Below, one piece after another: positions 60,346-64,000 of a stretch of 64,000 nucleotides of DNA. The notes under the pieces are model-generated. The model saw only the letters and a program-made list of their open reading frames with translations, searched no databases and was not told the origin of the DNA. Made by a program: the position numbers and the translations under genes. The stretch is taken from assembly GCA_011526565.1 (NCBI GenBank), contig WYBL01000086.1, forward strand, positions 22,219 through 86,218. Reading direction: 5' to 3'. The DNA comes from Acidobacteriota bacterium. GTDB lineage: Bacteria; Acidobacteriota; Vicinamibacteria; Fen-336. Numbering within the stretch: the stretch's first letter is position 1; each line of letters opens with the position of its first letter.

Positions 60346-61248
60346 ATGGAATGGCTGAACTATCACCACCTGCGCTACTTCTGGGCCGTGGTCCGGGAGG
60401 GCGGCGTGACGCGGGCCTCCGAGAAGCTCAACGTCTCGCAGCCGACCGTCTCCGCCCAGTTGCGCGAGCTGGAGGAAGCGCTCGGCGAACCGCTCTTCGA
60501 GCGGCGCGGCCGGACCCTCGAGCTGACCGAGATGGGCCGCGTCGTCCACCGCTACGCCGACGAGATCTTCGCGATCGGCCAGGAGCTGGTCGACACCGTG
60601 AAGAAGCGGCCGACGGGGCGGCCCGCGCGGCTCTCCGTCGGCGTCGCCGACGCGGTGCCCAAGCTGATCGCCCATCGCCTGCTGCTGCCGGCGCTCGTCG
60701 GCCCGGAGCCGGTGGTGCTCTCCTGCGTGGAGGGCAGCAGCGAGCGGCTGCTGTCCGATCTCGCCACCCACGGCCTCGACGTCGTCATCTCGGACGCGCC
60801 CGTGCCGCCGTCGGTCCGGGTCAAGGCCTTCAGCCACCTGCTCGGCGAGTGCGGCGTCGCCGTGTTCGGCAGCGCGGAGTGGGCGGGGCGGCTGGCTTCC
60901 GGGTTCCCGGCCTCGCTCGATGGGGCCCCGTTCCTGATGCCCACGCAGCACTCGAGCGCGCGGCGCGGCCTCGACGCGTGGTTCGAGCGCGAGGGGCTGC
61001 GGCCGCGGGTGGTGGGCGAGTTCGACGACCCGGCGCTGCTCAAGACCTTCGGCTCCACCGGCCTCGGCGTGTTCACGGCGCCGACCGCGATCGCCCGCGA
61101 GGTGGAGCAGCAGTTCCAGGTGCGCCGCGTCGGCGAGCTGCCCGGGCTGCGCGAGCGCTACTACGCGATCACCGTCGAGCGGCGCCTGCGCCACCCCGCG
61201 GTCGTGCGCCTGTCGCAGGCCGCGCGCGAGGAGGTCTTCGCGCCGTGA
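60346..61248 (+). CDS. LysR-family transcriptional regulator (NhaR/CcmR-like)
   Basis: N-terminal HTH LNYHHLRYFWAVVREGGVTRASEKLNVSQPTVSAQLRELE, LysR substrate-binding domain. Confidence 0.9.
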   Translation: MEWLNYHHLRYFWAVVREGGVTRASEKLNVSQPTVSAQLRELEEALGEPLFERRGRTLELTEMGRVVHRYADEIFAIGQELVDTVKKRPTGRPARLSVGVADAVPKLIAHRLLLPALVGPEPVVLSCVEGSSERLLSDLATHGLDVVISDAPVPPSVRVKAFSHLLGECGVAVFGSAEWAGRLASGFPASLDGAPFLMPTQHSSARRGLDAWFEREGLRPRVVGEFDDPALLKTFGSTGLGVFTAPTAIAREVEQQFQVRRVGELPGLRERYYAITVERRLRHPAVVRLSQAAREEVFAP

Positions 61249-61679
61249 GCGGCGACCCGCTGCTCGCCCAGCTCCTGCCCCGGCGCAACCTGTGGTTCTG
61301 GCTGTGCGGGCTGCCGCTGCCGTTCGTGCCGTTCGCGGTGTTCCAGCCGGTGGGCGGCGGCGCCTTCCCGTGGCCCGTCGGCCTGACCGCGCTCGCGGCC
61401 GGCACCGCGCTGTGGGCGACCCAGCGCGCCCCCGCGTCGATGCTGCGGGGTTTCGCCTACGCGTTCTACTCGCTGGTGCTGGCCTTCGGCTTCGGGGCGG
61501 GCATGCTGAAGGCGGTGGTCAACCGCTGGGGCCTGCCCGCGGGCCCGGGCGATCCGTGGCTGACCGCGGTGTTCGGAGCGGGAGCCGTGGTCTGCGGCCT
61601 GGCCCTGCTCGCGCTCGGCGCGCTGATCCTGACCGAGCCCTCGCTGCGCGAGTCGCCGCTCGTCCGGCGGCGGCGCTGA
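61245..61679 (+). CDS. Hypothetical 4-TM membrane protein
   Basis: GTG start overlapping LysR stop; hydrophobic helices. Confidence 0.45.
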   Translation: MSGDPLLAQLLPRRNLWFWLCGLPLPFVPFAVFQPVGGGAFPWPVGLTALAAGTALWATQRAPASMLRGFAYAFYSLVLAFGFGAGMLKAVVNRWGLPAGPGDPWLTAVFGAGAVVCGLALLALGALILTEPSLRESPLVRRRR

Positions 61680-61873
61680 ACGACGCGAGGCAGCCCCGGG
61701 TGCGGCTGGGGAGCGGGGAATGGGCCGCGGCCCCGGGGCCACCTCGAAACGAAAGATAGGCATCGGCCCCCGGAGACGCCAATCCTTTGTTTTGCGGTGG
61801 TCGATAGCCTGGCGTTATTCGACGGCAGTTTCGGACGCCCTGCTAGAATCCGCTCCCGTTCCAAGGAGGAATC

Positions 61874-62818
61874 ATGCGCATCGGCGTGCTGCGCGGCCGC
61901 GAGAACTCGTTCCCCGACGCCTTCATCCAGAAGGTCAACTCGATGGGCCGCGGGGTGACGGCCGAGTACGTCCAGCTCGGCGGCACCAAGCTCAACGAAC
62001 CGGTGCCGTACCGGGTCGTGCTCGACCGCATGAGCCACGAGGTGCCGTACTACTCCGTCTACCTGAAGATGGCGGCGCTGCAGGGCACCTACTGCATCAA
62101 CAACACGTTCTGGCGCTCGTGCGACGACAAGTTCTTCGGCTACGCCATCGCCGAGAAGCTGGGCATCGCCGAGCCGAAGACGGTGGTGCTGCCCAACCGC
62201 GAGTACGTCGACGACGTGACCGCGGAGAGCCTGCGCAACCTGTGGCCGACCGACTTCGCGATGTACCTCGACTACGTCGGCGCGCCCTGCATCATGAAGC
62301 CCGCGTTCGGCGGCGGCTGGAAGGACGTCAACAAGATCCACAACCTCGAGGAGCTGATCCACTTCTACAACGCCTCGGGCAGCAAGACGATGATGCTGCA
62401 GGAGTTCATCAAGTGGGACACCTACATCCGGGTGCCCACCATCGGCCGCCGCCACGCCCGCGCGATCCGCTACGACCCCGCGCCGATGGGGCTCGGCGGC
62501 TACAACCAGGACTACGACGTGATGGAGAAGGAGCTCGGGGCCTGGGGCCGCGAGATGCGCGACACCGCCGAGGAGCTGTCGCTGAAGCTCAACATCGCGC
62601 TCGGCTACGACATGAACGCGATCGAGCTGGCGGTCAAGGACGGCAAGTACTACGGCATCGACCTGACCAACTACACGCCGGACATGGACTACCGCTCGCT
62701 CAAGGACGCCCACTTCCCCTGGGTGGTGGAGAAGATGGCGGAGTTCGCCGTGGAGAAGGCGTTGTCGGGCGAGCCGACGCCGCAGCCGCCCCACTTCCGC
62801 GAGCTGATGCTGCGGTAG
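61874..62818 (+). CDS. ATP-grasp-like domain protein of unknown specificity
   Basis: 314 aa, pattern suggestive of ATP-grasp ligases (GIxxPKTVV...MMLQEFI); function not assigned. Confidence 0.55.
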   Translation: MRIGVLRGRENSFPDAFIQKVNSMGRGVTAEYVQLGGTKLNEPVPYRVVLDRMSHEVPYYSVYLKMAALQGTYCINNTFWRSCDDKFFGYAIAEKLGIAEPKTVVLPNREYVDDVTAESLRNLWPTDFAMYLDYVGAPCIMKPAFGGGWKDVNKIHNLEELIHFYNASGSKTMMLQEFIKWDTYIRVPTIGRRHARAIRYDPAPMGLGGYNQDYDVMEKELGAWGREMRDTAEELSLKLNIALGYDMNAIELAVKDGKYYGIDLTNYTPDMDYRSLKDAHFPWVVEKMAEFAVEKALSGEPTPQPPHFRELMLR

Positions 62819-62832
62819 GAGCCGGGACGGCG

Positions 62833-63594
62833 CTACTGCAGTTTCGGGAAGGTGCCTTTCGCGTGGTACCAGCCGTGGAACTGCACGTCCATGTGGCCGC
62901 CCGCCACGTAGGCGTCTTCGGCGACCAGCGCCTTCGCCTCGTCGAGCGTGACCTCGGGCGCGAACACGAAGAGGCCGCGCCGCTCGCCACGCTCGACGAA
63001 GGGGCCCGCGGTCAGCAGCTTGCCCGACTTCATTAGGGCGACGATCCGCTCCATGTGGGCGGCCTGCAGCTTCGCGGCCTCCGTGGGCGGCACCGGCACC
63101 GAACCGGTGACCAGGACGCCGAGCGGGTGCACGGCCATCTCGAACTTCTTGCCCTCGGCCTGGTCCTTCCAGTACTGGTCGCCGACGCCGACCGGGCCCC
63201 ACCACTCGGCCAGCTCGAGCTTCAGCCGCCCGGCGGCGATCGCCGGGTCCTGCGCGGCCTCGGCCTGCGCGTCGGCGAGCGGCGTCGCGAACACGAACAC
63301 GCCGCGCACGGTGCTGTTCGGGTCGGCCATCGGGCCCGCGGCGACCAGCTTCTTCGCCTCGGCCATGCGGCCGATGTTCGCCATGTGGCCCTTCTGCAGC
63401 TCCTCGGTCTCCGGCGTGCGCTCCGGCGTCCACTTCGGGCCGCGGCTGAGCAACCCGAACGCGTAGCGCCGCATCGTCTGCCCGGTGGGGGCGACGAAGG
63501 TCTCGGGCGCAGCGGCGGGCGCCGTCGCCGGCGCGGGGGCCTGGCCGAGCGCGGGCAGGGTCAGCAGGCTCAGCACGGCGGCGCGCATCTTCAT
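62833..63594 (-). CDS. Secreted protein with two tandem YciI-like (dimeric alpha/beta barrel) domains
   Basis: Signal peptide MKMRAAVLSLLTLPALG with GGAGGG RBS; two repeated YciI-like modules. Confidence 0.7.
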   Translation of the reverse strand: MKMRAAVLSLLTLPALGQAPAPATAPAAAPETFVAPTGQTMRRYAFGLLSRGPKWTPERTPETEELQKGHMANIGRMAEAKKLVAAGPMADPNSTVRGVFVFATPLADAQAEAAQDPAIAAGRLKLELAEWWGPVGVGDQYWKDQAEGKKFEMAVHPLGVLVTGSVPVPPTEAAKLQAAHMERIVALMKSGKLLTAGPFVERGERRGLFVFAPEVTLDEAKALVAEDAYVAGGHMDVQFHGWYHAKGTFPKLQ

Positions 63595-63595
63595 C

Positions 63596-64000
63596 TCAGT
63601 TCCCTCCGGCGGTGGAGCCGCTGCCCCGCGGCGCCGTGATCGCCCGCAGCCACTCGCGGGCAATCACCTCGTAGCCCGCCTCGTTCGGGTGCAGGAAGTC
63701 GTCGAACAGCGCGGGCAGGCTCGGCTGCGCCATCATCGCGGCGTGGATGTCGGCCAGGATCGCCCCCTCCTGGCGCACCATCGGCCGGATCAGGTCGTTC
63801 ATGCGGCTGACCCAGGCGTTGCGGTTCTCCGGCTCGCGGTCGAGCACCGTCGGGTTGACCGGCGGGATGGTGCCGACGACGGCCACCGAGCCGTAGGCCT
63901 GGACCGCGCCGATCATGAAGCGCAGCGAATCGATCGTGTAGCAGGGGAAGGCGTCGCGGCAGGAGCTCGAGTTCCAGTCGTTGGTGCCGTAGAGGATCAG
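63596..64000 (-). CDS. SGNH/GDSL-family hydrolase, C-terminal part (start beyond window end)
   Basis: DFLHPNEAGYEVIA (DxxH block V) and upstream blocks; ORF open to window edge. Confidence 0.65.
   Translation of the reverse strand: MILYGTNDWNSSSCRDAFPCYTIDSLRFMIGAVQAYGSVAVVGTIPPVNPTVLDREPENRNAWVSRMNDLIRPMVRQEGAILADIHAAMMAQPSLPALFDDFLHPNEAGYEVIAREWLRAITAPRGSGSTAGGN

Overview
64-kb window from a very GC-rich (about 70% GC) Gram-negative genome; gene content suggests Acidobacteriota/Gemmatimonadota-like or deltaproteobacterial affinity. Supporting clues are a carboxypeptidase-regulatory-domain TonB-dependent receptor, a Hanks-type Ser/Thr kinase, FHA and DUSP-like proteins. Coding density is high and most long six-frame ORFs on the opposite strand of real genes are GC artefacts. 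About 70 genes are supportable: tandem M16 peptidases, a ZIP transporter, a FeS/NrfD-fusion plus Mo-bisPGD oxidoreductase pair, two VapBC modules, ArsR plus SRPBCC, ECF sigma/anti-sigma, pepA, polA, an mmd-type Na+-pumping acyl-CoA decarboxylase cluster, galU, serS, three tandem amidohydrolase paralogs, tRNA-Ser(UGA), ctaA, mpg, an Opu-like ABC transporter, acnA, FHA plus PrsW, an S9 peptidase, a Leu/Phe dehydrogenase, sbtA-sbtB and a LysR regulator. The most unusual region is 3.3-7.2 kb. It holds a translationally coupled two-gene operon encoding a 430-500 aa protein whose N- and C-terminal segments carry the hallmark motifs of HslV/20S-proteasome beta-type Ntn hydrolases, separated by large insertions, plus a 66-aa helical partner. 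Next to it is a class-II Fic AMPylase whose gene is precisely bracketed by two about 350-bp direct copies of a GTCGAAC/GTTCGAC-rich repeat element. A third copy of that element lies at 44.7 kb. Other notable points are a Na+-decarboxylase beta subunit with a 185-aa signal-peptide-bearing N-terminal extension, Tat-less Mo-enzyme subunits, two apparently non-catalytic amidohydrolase paralogs flanking a catalytic one, a Ser/Thr kinase fused to a TonB C-terminal domain, and a lipoprotein gene that seems to initiate at CTG behind a perfect SD.
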